64,000 nucleotides of DNA. Origin: Auanema rhodensis. Lineage: Eukaryota; Animalia; Nematoda. The notes under the pieces were generated by a model that was not told where the DNA came from, made no database searches, and was given only the letters and a program-made list of their open reading frames with translations. Positions 1 to 12,272 of the stretch are shown here, one piece after another. Location of the stretch: assembly GCA_964057225.1 (NCBI GenBank), contig OZ059895.1, positions 23,002,001 to 23,066,000 of the forward strand, given 5' to 3'. Numbering within the stretch: the first letter of the stretch is position 1; each line of letters starts with the position of its first letter. Position numbers and translations under genes: made by a program.

Positions 1-368
1 CAAAATGTTTTTGGAAGCAATGTTGAGTGTACATGGAAACTCAACATACACTAATGCATCATTTTTCAAACGATCATAACTAATTTTTGTATTAAGCGTT
101 TCTCAATGTAGTATAGTGCATTTGATGCGGAATTTTAAGCTGCGTCGATCTGTGTTATCAGATTTGCGCTAGCTTAAAAATGCACCGAGATATCAACTGA
201 TATAAGTTCACACTTATATCCTCGATTTTCACCCTGAAGAATTAATTTTTTCGTTGAATAACATTGTCCATCGTCTTTGCCTCAAAAAAAGGAATCTAAA
301 AACATCTACTTTTGCTAAATTATTTTGAAATTTTTTGAAAAAATTTTTGTCAAAATGTTTTTGGAAGC

Positions 369-398
369 TATGTTGAGTGTACATGGAAACTCAACATA
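369..398. repeat. Intra-monomer inverted repeat 1 (example copy): TATGTTGAGT-10 nt loop-ACTCAACATA
   Basis: Perfect 9-bp arms in the consensus (monomer positions 20-28 and 39-47), and 10-bp arms in 'gctatg' variants such as this copy. Confidence 0.9.
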
Positions 399-471
399 CA
401 CTAATGCATAATTTTTCAAACGATCATAACTAATTTTTGTATTAAGCGTTTCTCAATGTAGTATAGTGCAT

Positions 472-538
472 TCGATGCGGATTTTTAAGCTGCGTCGATC
501 TGTGTTATCAGATTTGCGCTAGCTTAAAAATGCACCGA
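472..538. repeat. Intra-monomer inverted repeat 2 (example copy): ~67-bp imperfect hairpin with perfect 11-bp core ATTTTTAAGCT/AGCTTAAAAAT
   Basis: 481-491 is the reverse complement of 521-531. Inner GCG/CGC and ATCTG/CAGAT pairs close a TGTTAT loop. The outer TCGATGC/GCACCGA pair has one mismatch after a GG bulge. Confidence 0.9.
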
Positions 539-548
539 GATATCAACT

Positions 549-570
549 GATATAAGTTCACACTTATATC
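549..570. repeat. Intra-monomer inverted repeat 3 (example copy): GATATAAGT-TCAC-ACTTATATC
   Basis: Perfect 9-bp arms with a 4-nt loop (monomer positions 199-220). Confidence 0.9.
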
Positions 571-644
571 CTCGATTTTCACCCTGAAGAATTAATTTTT
601 TCGTTGAATAACAATGTCCATCGTCTTTGCCTTGAAAAAAGAAA

Positions 645-716
645 TCCAAAAACATCTACTTTTTGCTAAATTATTTTGAAATTTTTCGAAAAAATTTTTG
701 TCAAAATGTTTTTGGA
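645..716. repeat. Inverted repeat 4 across the monomer boundary (example copy): TCCAAAAACAT ... ATGTTTTTGGA, enclosing the palindrome TTTTTCGAAAAA
   Basis: 645-655 is the exact reverse complement of 706-716 in 'atcc' variants (one G-T mismatch in 'atct' monomers). The inner arms are imperfectly complementary. A 12-bp perfect palindrome lies at 682-693. Confidence 0.8.
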
Positions 717-3700
717 AGCAATGTTGAGTGTACATGGAAACTCAACATACACTAATGCATAATTTTTCAAACGATCATAACTAATTTTTGTATTAAGCGT
801 TTCTCAATGTAGTATAGTGCATTTGATGCGGAATTTTAAGCTGCGTCGATCTGTGTTATCAGATTTGCGCTAGCTTAAAAATGCACCGAGATATCAACTG
901 ATATAAGTTCACACTTATATCCTCGATTTTCACCCTGAAGAATTAATTTTTTCGTTGAATAACATTGTCCATCGTCTTTGCCTCAAAAAAAGGAATCTAA
1001 AAACATCTACTTTTGCTAAATTATATTGAAATTTTTCGAAAAAATTTTTGTCAAAATGTTTTTGGAAGCAATGTTGAGTGTACATGGAAACTCAACATAC
1101 ACTAATGCATAATTTTTCAAACGATCATAACTAATTTTTGTATTAAGCGTTTATCAATGTAGTATAGTGCATTCGATGCGGATTTTTAAGCTGCGTCGAT
1201 CTGTGTTATCAGATTTGCGCTAGCTTAAAAATGCACCGAGATATCAACTGATATAAGTTCACACTTATATCCTCGATTTTCACCCTGAAGAATTAATTTT
1301 TTCGTTGAATAACAATGTCCATCGTCTTTGCCTTGAAAAAAGGAATCTAAAAACATCTACTTTTTGCTAAATTATATTGAAATTTTTCGAAAAAATTTTT
1401 GTCAAAATGTTTTTGGAAGCAATGTTAAGTGTACATGGAAACTCAACATACACTAATGCATCATTTTTCAAACGATCATAAACAATTTTTGTATTAAGCG
1501 TTTCTCAATGTAGTATAGTGCAATCGATGCGGATTTTTAAGCTGCGTCGATCTGTGTTATCAGATTTGCGCTAGCTTAAAAATGCACCGAGATATCAACT
1601 GATATAAGTTCACACTTATATCCTCGATTTTCACCCTGAAGAATTAATTTTTTCGTAGAATAACATTGTCCATCGTCTTTGCCTTGAAAAAAGGAATCTA
1701 AAAACATCTACTTTTTGCTAAATTATATTGAAATTTTTCGAAAAAATTTTTGTCAAAATGTTTTTGGAAGCAATGTTGAGTGTACATGGAAACTCAACAT
1801 ACACTAATGCATCATTTTTCAAACGATCATAACTAATTTTTGTATTAAGCGTTTCTCAATGTAGTATAGTGCATTCGATGCGGATTTTTAAGCTGCGTCG
1901 ATCTGTGTTATCAGATCTGCGCTAGCTTAAAAATGCACCGAGATATCAACTGATATAAGTTCACACTTATATCCTCGATTTTCACCCTAAAGAATTAATT
2001 TTTTCGTTGAATAACATTGTCCATCGTCTTTGCCTTGAAAAAAGGAATCTATAAACATCTACTTTTTGCTAAATTATTTTGAAATTTTTTGAAAAAATTT
2101 TTGTCAAAATGTTTTTGGAAGCTATGTTGAGTGTACATGGAAACTCAACATACACTAATGCATAATTTTTCAAACGATCATAACTAATTTTTGTATTAAG
2201 CGTTTCTCAATGTAGTATAGTGCATTCGATGCGGATTTTTAAGCTGCGTCGATCTGTGTTATCAGATTTGCGCTAGCTTAAAAATGCACCGAGATATCAA
2301 CTGATATAAGTTCACACTTATATCCTCGATTTTCACCCTGAAGAATTAATTTTTTCGTTGAATAACATTGTCCATCGTCTTTGCCTTGAAAAAAGGAATC
2401 TATAAACATCTACTTTTTGCTAAATTATTTTGAAATTTTTTGAAAAAATTTTTGTCAAAATGTTTTTGGAAGCTATGTTGAGTGTACATGGAAACTCAAC
2501 ATACACTAATGCATAATTTTTCAAACGATCATAACTAATTTTTGTATTAAGCGTTTCTCAATGTAGTATAGTGCATTCGATGCGGATTTTTAAGCTGCGT
2601 CGATCTGTGTTATCAGATTTGCGCTAGCTTAAAAATGCACCGAGATATCAACTGATATAAGTTCACACTTATATCCTCGATTTTCACCCTGAAGAATTAA
2701 TTTTTTCGTTGAATAACAATGTCCATCGTCTTTGCCTTGAAAAAAGAAATCCAAAAACATCTACTTTTTGCTAAATTATTTTGAAATTTTTCGAAAAAAT
2801 TTTTGTCAAAATGTTTTTGGAAGCAATGTTGAGTGTACATGGAAACTCAACATACACTAATGCATAATTTTTCAAACGATCATAACTAATTTTTGTATTA
2901 AGCGTTTCTCAATGTAGTATAGTGCATTTGATGCGGAATTTTAAGCTGCGTCGATCTGTGTTATCAGATTTGCGCTAGCTTAAAAATGCACCGAGATATC
3001 AACTGATATAAGTTCACACTTATATCCTCGATTTTCACCCTGAAGAATTAATTTTTTCGTTGAATAACATTGTCCATCGTCTTTGCCTTAAAAAAAGGAA
3101 TCTAAAAACATCTACTTTTGCTAAATTATTTTGAAATTTTTCGAAAAAATTTTTGTCAAAATGTTTTTGGAAGCAATGTAGAGTGTACATGGAAACTCAA
3201 CATACACTAATGCATCATTTTTCAAACGATCATAACTAATTTTTGTATTAAGCGTTTCTCAATGTAGTATAGTGCATTCGATGCGGATTTTTAAGCTGCG
3301 TCGATCTGTGTTATCAGATTTGCGCTAGCTTGAATATGCACCGAGATATCAACTGAGATATGTTCACACTTATATCCTCGATTTTCACCCTGAAGAATTG
3401 ATTTTTTCGTTGAATAACATTGTCCATCGTCTTTGCCTTGAAAAAAGGAATCTAAAAACATCTACTTTTGCTAAATTATTTTGAAATTTCTCGAAAAAAG
3501 TTTTGTCAAAATGTTTTTGGAAGCAATGTTGAGTGTACATGGAAACTCAACATACACTAATGCATCATTTTTCAAACGATCATAACTAATTTTTGTATTA
3601 AGCGTTTCTCAATGTAGTATAGTGCATTTGATGCGGAATTTTAAGCTGCGTCGATCTGTGTTATCAGATTTGCGCTAGCTTAAAAATGCACCGAGATATC

Positions 3701-5259
3701 AACTGATATAAGTTCACACTTATATCCTCGATTTTCACCCTGAAGAATTAATTTTTTCGTTGAATAACATTGTCCATCGTCTTTGCCTCAAAAAAAGAAA
3801 TCTAAAAACATCTACTTTTGCTAAATTATTTTGAAATTTTTTGAAAAAATTTTTGTCAAAATGTTTTTGGAAGCTATGTTGAGTGTACATGGAAACTCAA
3901 CATACACTAATGCATAATTTTTCAAACGATCATAACTAATTTTTGTATTAAGCGTTTCTCAATGTAGTATAGTGCATTCGATGCGGATTTTTAAGCTGCG
4001 TCGATCTGTGTTATCAGATTTGCGCTAGCTTAAAAATGCACCGAGATATCAACTGATATAAGTTCACACTTATATCCTCGATTTTCACCCTGAAGAATTA
4101 ATTTTTTCGTTGAATAACAATGTCCATCGTCTTTGCCTTGAAAAAAGAAATCCAAAAACATCTACTTTTTGCTAAATTATTTTGAAATTTTTCGAAAAAA
4201 TTTTTGTCAAAATGTTTTTGGAAGCAATGTTGAGTGTACATGGAAACTCAACATACACTAATGCATAATTTTTCAAACGATCATAACTAATTTTTGTATT
4301 AAGCGTTTCTCAATGTAGTATAGTGCATTTGATGCGGAATTTTAAGCTGCGTCGATCTGTGTTATCAGATTTGCGCTAGCTTAAAAATGCACCGAGATAT
4401 CAACTGATATAAGTTCACACTTATATCCTCGATTTTCACCCTGAAGAATTAATTTTTTCGTTGAATAACATTGTCCATCGTCTTTGCCTCAAAAAAAGGA
4501 ATCTAAAAACATCTACTTTTGCTAAATTATATTGAAATTTTTCGAAAAAATTTTTGTCAAAATGTTTTTGGAAGCAATGTTGAGTGTACATGGAAACTCA
4601 ACATACACTAATGCATAATTTTTCAAACGATCATAACTAATTTTTGTATTAAGCGTTTATCAATGTAGTATAGTGCATTCGATGCGGATTTTTAAGCTGC
4701 GTCGATCTGTGTTATCAGATTTGCGCTAGCTTAAAAATGCACCGAGATATCAACTGATATAAGTTCACACTTATATCCTCGATTTTCACCCTGAAGAATT
4801 AATTTTTTCGTTGAATAACAATGTCCATCGTCTTTGCCTTGAAAAAAGGAATCTAAAAACATCTACTTTTTGCTAAATTATATTGAAATTTTTCGAAAAA
4901 ATTTTTGTCAAAATGTTTTTGGAAGCAATGTTAAGTGTACATGGAAACTCAACATACACTAATGCATCATTTTTCAAACGATCATAAACAATTTTTGTAT
5001 TAAGCGTTTCTCAATGTAGTATAGTGCAATCGATGCGGATTTTTAAGCTGCGTCGATCTGTGTTATCAGATTTGCGCTAGCTTAAAAATGCACCGAGATA
5101 TCAACTGATATAAGTTCACACTTATATCCTCGATTTTCACCCTGAAGAATTAATTTTTTCGTTGAATAACATTGTCCATCGTCTTTGCCTTGAAAAAAGG
5201 AATCTAAAAACATCTACTTTTTGCTAAATTATATTGAAATTTTTCGAAAAAATTTTTGT

Positions 5260-8200
5260 CAAAATGTTTTTGGAAGCAATGTTGAGTGTACATGGAAACT
5301 CAACATACACTAATGCATCATTTTTCAAACGATCATAACTAATTTTTGTATTAAGCGTTTCTCAATGTAGTATAGTGCATTCGATGCGGATTTTTAAGCT
5401 GCGTCGATCTGTGTTATCAGATCTGCGCTAGCTTAAAAATGCACCGAGATATCAACTGATATAAGTTCACACTTATATCCTCGATTTTCACCCTAAAGAA
5501 TTAATTTTTTCGTTGAATAACATTGTCCATCGTCTTTGCCTTGAAAAAAGGAATCTATAAACATCTACTTTTTGCTAAATTATTTTGAAATTTTTTGAAA
5601 AAATTTTTGTCAAAATGTTTTTGGAAGCTATGTTGAGTGTACATGGAAACTCAACATACACTAATGCATAATTTTTCAAACGATCATAACTAATTTTTGT
5701 ATTAAGCGTTTCTCAATGTAGTATAGTGCATTCGATGCGGATTTTTAAGCTGCGTCGATCTGTGTTATCAGATTTGCGCTAGCTTAAAAATGCACCGAGA
5801 TATCAACTGATATAAGTTCACACTTATATCCTCGATTTTCACCCTGAAGAATTAATTTTTTCGTTGAATAACATTGTCCATCGTCTTTGCCTTGAAAAAA
5901 GGAATCTATAAACATCTACTTTTTGCTAAATTATTTTGAAATTTTTTGAAAAAATTTTTGTCAAAATGTTTTTGGAAGCTATGTTGAGTGTACATGGAAA
6001 CTCAACATACACTAATGCATAATTTTTCAAACGATCATAACTAATTTTTGTATTAAGCGTTTCTCAATGTAGTATAGTGCATTCGATGCGGATTTTTAAG
6101 CTGCGTCGATCTGTGTTATCAGATTTGCGCTAGCTTAAAAATGCACCGAGATATCAACTGATATAAGTTCACACTTATATCCTCGATTTTCACCCTGAAG
6201 AATTAATTTTTTCGTTGAATAACAATGTCCATCGTCTTTGCCTTGAAAAAAGAAATCCAAAAACATCTACTTTTTGCTAAATTATTTTGAAATTTTTCGA
6301 AAAAATTTTTGTCAAAATGTTTTTGGAAGCAATGTTGAGTGTACATGGAAACTCAACATACACTAATGCATAATTTTTCAAACGATCATAACTAATTTTT
6401 GTATTAAGCGTTTCTCAATGTAGTATAGTGCATTTGATGCGGAATTTTAAGCTGCGTCGATCTGTGTTATCAGATTTGCGCTAGCTTAAAAATGCACCGA
6501 GATATCAACTGATATAAGTTCACACTTATATCCTCGATTTTCACCCTGAAGAATTAATTTTTTCGTTGAATAACATTGTCCATCGTCTTTGCCTCAAAAA
6601 AAGGAATCTAAAAACATCTACTTTTGCTAAATTATATTGAAATTTTTCGAAAAAATTTTTGTCAAAATGTTTTTGGAAGCTATGTTGAGTGTACATGGAA
6701 ACTCAACATACACTAATGCATAATTTTTCAAACGATCATAACTAATTTTTGTATTAAGCGTTTCTCAATGTAGTATAGTGCATTCGATGCGGATTTTTAA
6801 GCTGCGTCGATCTGTGTTATCAGATTTGCGCTAGCTTAAAAATGCACCGAGATATCAACTGATATAAGTTCACACTTATATCCTCGATTTTCACCCTGAA
6901 GAATTAATTTTTTCGTTGAATAACAATGTCCATCGTCTTTGCCTTGAAAAAAGAAATCCAAAAACATCTACTTTTTGCTAAATTATTTTGAAATTTTTCG
7001 AAAAAATTTTTGTCAAAATGTTTTTGGAAGCAATGTTGAGTGTACATGGAAACTCAACATACACTAATGCATAATTTTTCAAACGATCATAACTAATTTT
7101 TGTATTAAGCGTTTCTCAATGTAGTATAGTGCATTTGATGCGGAATTTTAAGCTGCGTCGATCTGTGTTATCAGATTTGCGCTAGCTTAAAAATGCACCG
7201 AGATATCAACTGATATAAGTTCACACTTATATCCTCGATTTTCACCCTGAAGAATTAATTTTTTCGTTGAATAACATTGTCCATCGTCTTTGCCTCAAAA
7301 AAAGGAATCTAAAAACATCTACTTTTGCTAAATTATATTGAAATTTTTCGAAAAAATTTTTGTCAAAATGTTTTTGGAAGCAATGTTGAGTGTACATGGA
7401 AACTCAACATACACTAATGCATAATTTTTCAAACGATCATAACTAATTTTTGTATTAAGCGTTTATCAATGTAGTATAGTGCATTCGATGCGGATTTTTA
7501 AGCTGCGTCGATCTGTGTTATCAGATTTGCGCTAGCTTGAAAATGCACCGAGATATCAACTGATATAAGTTCACACTTATATCCTCGATTTTCACCCTGA
7601 AGAATTAATTTTTTCGTTGAATAACAATGTCCATCGTCTTTGCCTTGAAAAAAGGAATCTAAAAACATCTACTTCTTGCTAAATTATATTGAAATTTTTC
7701 GAAAAAATTTTTGTCAAAATGTTTTTGGAAGCAATGTTAAGTGTACATGGAAACTCAACATACACTAATGCATCATTTTTCAAACGATCATAAACAATTT
7801 TTGTATTAAGCGTTTCTCAATGTAGTATAGTGCAATCGATGCGGATTTTTAAGCTGCGTCGATCTGTGTTATCAGATTTGCGCTAGCTTAAAAATGCACC
7901 GAGATATCAACTGATATAAGTTCACACTTATATCCTCGATTTTCACCCTGAAGAATTAGTTTTTTTGTTGAAAAACATTGTCCATCGTCTTTGCCTTGAA
8001 AAAAGGAATCTAAAAACATCTACTTTTGCTAAATTATTTTGAAATTTTTCGAAAAAATTTTTGTCAAAATGTTTTTGGAAGCAATGTAGAGTGTACATGG
8101 AAACTCAACATACACTAATGCATCATTTTTCAAACGATCATAACTAATTTTTGTATTAAGCGTTTCTCAATGTAGTATAGTGCATTCGATGCGGATTTTT

Positions 8201-11200
8201 AAGCTGCGTCGATCTGTGTTATCAGATTTGCGCTAGCTTGAATATGCACCGAGATATCAACTGAGATATGTTCACACTTATATCCTCGATTTTCACCCTG
8301 AAGAATTGATTTTTTCGTTGAATAACATTGTCCATCGTCTTTGCCTTGAAAAAAGGAATCTAAAAACATCTACTTTTGCTAAATTATTTTGAAATTTCTC
8401 GAAAAAAGTTTTGTCAAAATGTTTTTGGAAGCAATGTTGAGTGTACATGGAAACTCAACATACACTAATGCATCATTTTTCAAACGATCATAACTAATTT
8501 TTGTATTAAGCGTTTCTCAATGTAGTATAGTGCATTTGATGCGGAATTTTAAGCTGCGTCGATCTGTGTTATCAGATTTGCGCTAGCTTAAAAATGCACT
8601 GAGATATCAACTGATATAAGTTCACACTTATATCCTCGATTTTCACCCTGAAGAATTAATTTTTTCGTTGAATAACATTGTCCATCGTCTTTGCCTCAAA
8701 AAAAGGAATCTAAAAACATCTACTTTTGCTAAATTATTTTGAAATTTTTTGAAAAAATTTTTGTCAAAATGTTTTTGGAAGCTATGTTGAGTGTACATGG
8801 AAACTCAACATACACTAATGCATAATTTTTCAAACGATCATAACTAATTTTTGTATTAAGCGTTTCTCAATGTAGTATAGTGCATTCGATGCGGATTTTT
8901 AAGCTGCGTCGATCTGTGTTATCAGATTTGCGCTAGCTTAAAAATGCACCGAGATATCAACTGATATAAGTTCACACTTATATCCTCGATTTTCACCCTG
9001 AAGAATTAATTTTTTCGTTGAATAACAATGTCCATCGTCTTTGCCTTGAAAAAAGAAATCCAAAAACATCTACTTTTTGCTAAATTATTTTGAAATTTTT
9101 CGAAAAAATTTTTGTCAAAATGTTTTTGGAAGCAATGTTGAGTGTACATGGAAACTCAACATACACTAATGCATCATTTTTCAAACGATCATAACTAATT
9201 TTTGTATTAAGCGTTTCTCAATGTAGTATAGTGCATTTGATGCGGAATTTTAAGCTGCGTCGATCTGTGTTATCAGATTTGCGCTAGCTTAAAAATGCAC
9301 TGAGATATCAACTGATATAAGTTCACACTTATATCCTCGATTTTCACCCTGAAGAATTAATTTTTTCGTTGAATAACATTGTCCATCGTCTTTGCCTTGA
9401 AAAAAGGAATCTAAAAACATCTACTTTTTGCTAAATTATATTGAAATTTTTCGAAAAAATTTTTGTCAAAATGTTTTTGGAAGCAATGTTGAGTGTACAT
9501 GGAAACTCAACATACACTAATGCATCATTTTTCAAACGATCATAACTAATTTTTGTATTAAGCGTTTCTCAATGTAGTATAGTGCATTCGATGCGGATTT
9601 TTAAGCTGCGTCGATCTGTGTTATCAGATCTGCGCTAGCTTAAAAATGCACCGAGATATCAACTGATATAAGTTCACACTTATATCCTCGATTTTCACCC
9701 TGAAGAATTAATTTTTTCGTTGAATAACATTGTCCATCGTCTTTGCCTTGAAAAAAGGAATCTATAAACATCTACTTTTTGCTAAATTATTTTGAAATTT
9801 TTTGAAAAAATTTTTGTCAAAATGTTTTTGGAAGCTATGTTGAGTGTACATGGAAACTCAACATACACTAATGCATAATTTTTCAAACGATCATAACTAA
9901 TTTTTGTATTAAGCGTTTCTCAATGTAGTATAGTGCATTCGATGCGGATTTTTAAGCTGCGTCGATCTGTGTTATCAGATTTGCGCTAGCTTAAAAATGC
10001 ACCGAGATATCAACTGATATAAGTTCACACTTATATCCTCGATTTTCACCCTGAAGAATTAATTTTTTCGTTGAATAACATTGTCCATCGTCTTTGCCTT
10101 GAAAAAAGGAATCTATAAACATCTACTTTTTGCTAAATTATTTTGAAATTTTTTGAAAAAATTTTTGTCAAAATGTTTTTGGAAGCTATGTTGAGTGTAC
10201 ATGGAAACTCAACATACACTAATGCATAATTTTTCAAACGATCATAACTAATTTTTGTATTAAGCGTTTCTCAATGTAGTATAGTGCATTCGATGCGGAT
10301 TTTTAAGCTGCGTCGATCTGTGTTATCAGATTTGCGCTAGCTTAAAAATGCACCGAGATATCAACTGATATAAGTTCACACTTATATCCTCGATTTTCAC
10401 CCTGAAGAATTAATTTTTTCGTTGAATAACAATGTCCATCGTCTTTGCCTTGAAAAAAGAAATCCAAAAACATCTACTTTTTGCTAAATTATTTTGAAAT
10501 TTTTCGAAAAAATTTTTGTCAAAATGTTTTTGGAAGCAATGTTGAGTGTACATGGAAACTCAACATACACTAATGCATAATTTTTCAAACGATCATAACT
10601 AATTTTTGTATTAAGCGTTTCTCAATGTAGTATAGTGCATTTGATGCGGAATTTTAAGCTGCGTCGATCTGTGTTATCAGATTTGCGCTAGCTTAAAAAT
10701 GCACCGAGATATCAACTGATATAAGTTCACACTTATATCCTCGATTTTCACCCTGAAGAATTAATTTTTTCGTTGAATAACATTGTCCATCGTCTTTGCC
10801 TCAAAAAAAGGAATCTAAAAACATCTACTTTTGCTAAATTATATTGAAATTTTTCGAAAAAATTTTTGTCAAAATGTTTTTGGAAGCTATGTTGAGTGTA
10901 CATGGAAACTCAACATACACTAATGCATAATTTTTCAAACGATCATAACTAATTTTTGTATTAAGCGTTTCTCAATGTAGTATAGTGCATTCGATGCGGA
11001 TTTTTAAGCTGCGTCGATCTGTGTTATCAGATTTGCGCTAGCTTAAAAATGCACCGAGATATCAACTGATATAAGTTCACACTTATATCCTCGATTTTCA
11101 CCCTGAAGAATTAATTTTTTCGTTGAATAACAATGTCCATCGTCTTTGCCTTGAAAAAAGAAATCCAAAAACATCTACTTTTTGCTAAATTATTTTGAAA

Positions 11201-12272
11201 TTTTTCGAAAAAATTTTTGTCAAAATGTTTTTGGAAGCAATGTTGAGTGTACATGGAAACTCAACATACACTAATGCATAATTTTTCAAACGATCATAAC
11301 TAATTTTTGTATTAAGCGTTTCTCAATGTAGTATAGTGCATTTGATGCGGAATTTTAAGCTGCGTCGATCTGTGTTATCAGATTTGCGCTAGCTTAAAAA
11401 TGCACCGAGATATCAACTGATATAAGTTCACACTTATATCCTCGATTTTCACCCTGAAGAATTAATTTTTTCGTTGAATAACATTGTCCATCGTCTTTGC
11501 CTCAAAAAAAGGAATCTAAAAACATCTACTTTTGCTAAATTATATTGAAATTTTTCGAAAAAATTTTTGTCAAAATGTTTTTGGAAGCAATGTTGAGTGT
11601 ACATGGAAACTCAACATACACTAATGCATAATTTTTCAAACGATCATAACTAATTTTTGTATTAAGCGTTTATCAATGTAGTATAGTGCATTCGATGCGG
11701 ATTTTTAAGCTGCGTCGATCTGTGTTATCAGATTTGCGCTAGCTTGAAAATGCACCGAGATATCAACTGATATAAGTTCACACTTATATCCTCGATTTTC
11801 ACCCTGAAGAATTAATTTTTTCGTTGAATAACAATGTCCATCGTCTTTGCCTTGAAAAAAGGAATCTAAAAACATCTACTTCTTGCTAAATTATATTGAA
11901 ATTTTTCGAAAAAATTTTTGTCAAAATGTTTTTGGAAGCAATGTTAAGTGTACATGGAAACTCAACATACACTAATGCATCATTTTTCAAACGATCATAA
12001 ACAATTTTTGTATTAAGCGTTTCTCAATGTAGTATAGTGCAATCGATGCGGATTTTTAAGCTGCGTCGATCTGTGTTATCAGATTTGCGCTAGCTTAAAA
12101 ATGCACCGAGATATCAACTGATATAAGTTCACACTTATATCCTCGATTTTCACCCTGAAGAATTAATTTTTTCGTTGAATAACATTGTCCATCGTCTTTG
12201 CCTTGAAAAAAGGAATCTAAAAACATCTACTTTTTGCTAAATTATATTGAAATTTTTCGAAAAAATTTTTGT
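5260..12272 (+). repeat. 12-monomer duplication (4207-bp offset) containing an internal 2-mer duplication
   Basis: The private variants 'agcttgaaaatg' and 'acttcttgct' occur in monomers at 7364 and 11571. The flanking monomer order 5260-7715 matches 9467-11922. Confidence 0.85.

Larger units (their letters stand above)
1..6312 (+). repeat. 10-monomer higher-order repeat (3506-bp period)
   Basis: The variant order of monomers at 1, 351, 702, 1052, 1403, 1754, 2105 and 2456 recurs at 3507, 3857, 4208, 4558, 4909, 5260, 5611 and 5962 (markers tttatc, ttaagt/caatcg, cagatctg, tctata). Confidence 0.9.

Noticed and set aside
249-265. CENP-B box-like motif (TTTCGTTGAATAAC...)
   Set aside because: It matches the TTCG...A half only. 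The essential CGGG is absent.
1-351. 5S rRNA, tRNA, snRNA or spliced-leader tandem gene unit
   Set aside because: I see no recognisable 5S or tRNA sequence, cloverleaf, Pol III A/B/C boxes or spliced-leader sequence on either strand. An Infernal/Rfam scan would be decisive.
472-570. Rho-independent terminators
   Set aside because: There is no upstream gene, the stems are AT-rich, and the context is a eukaryote-type satellite array.
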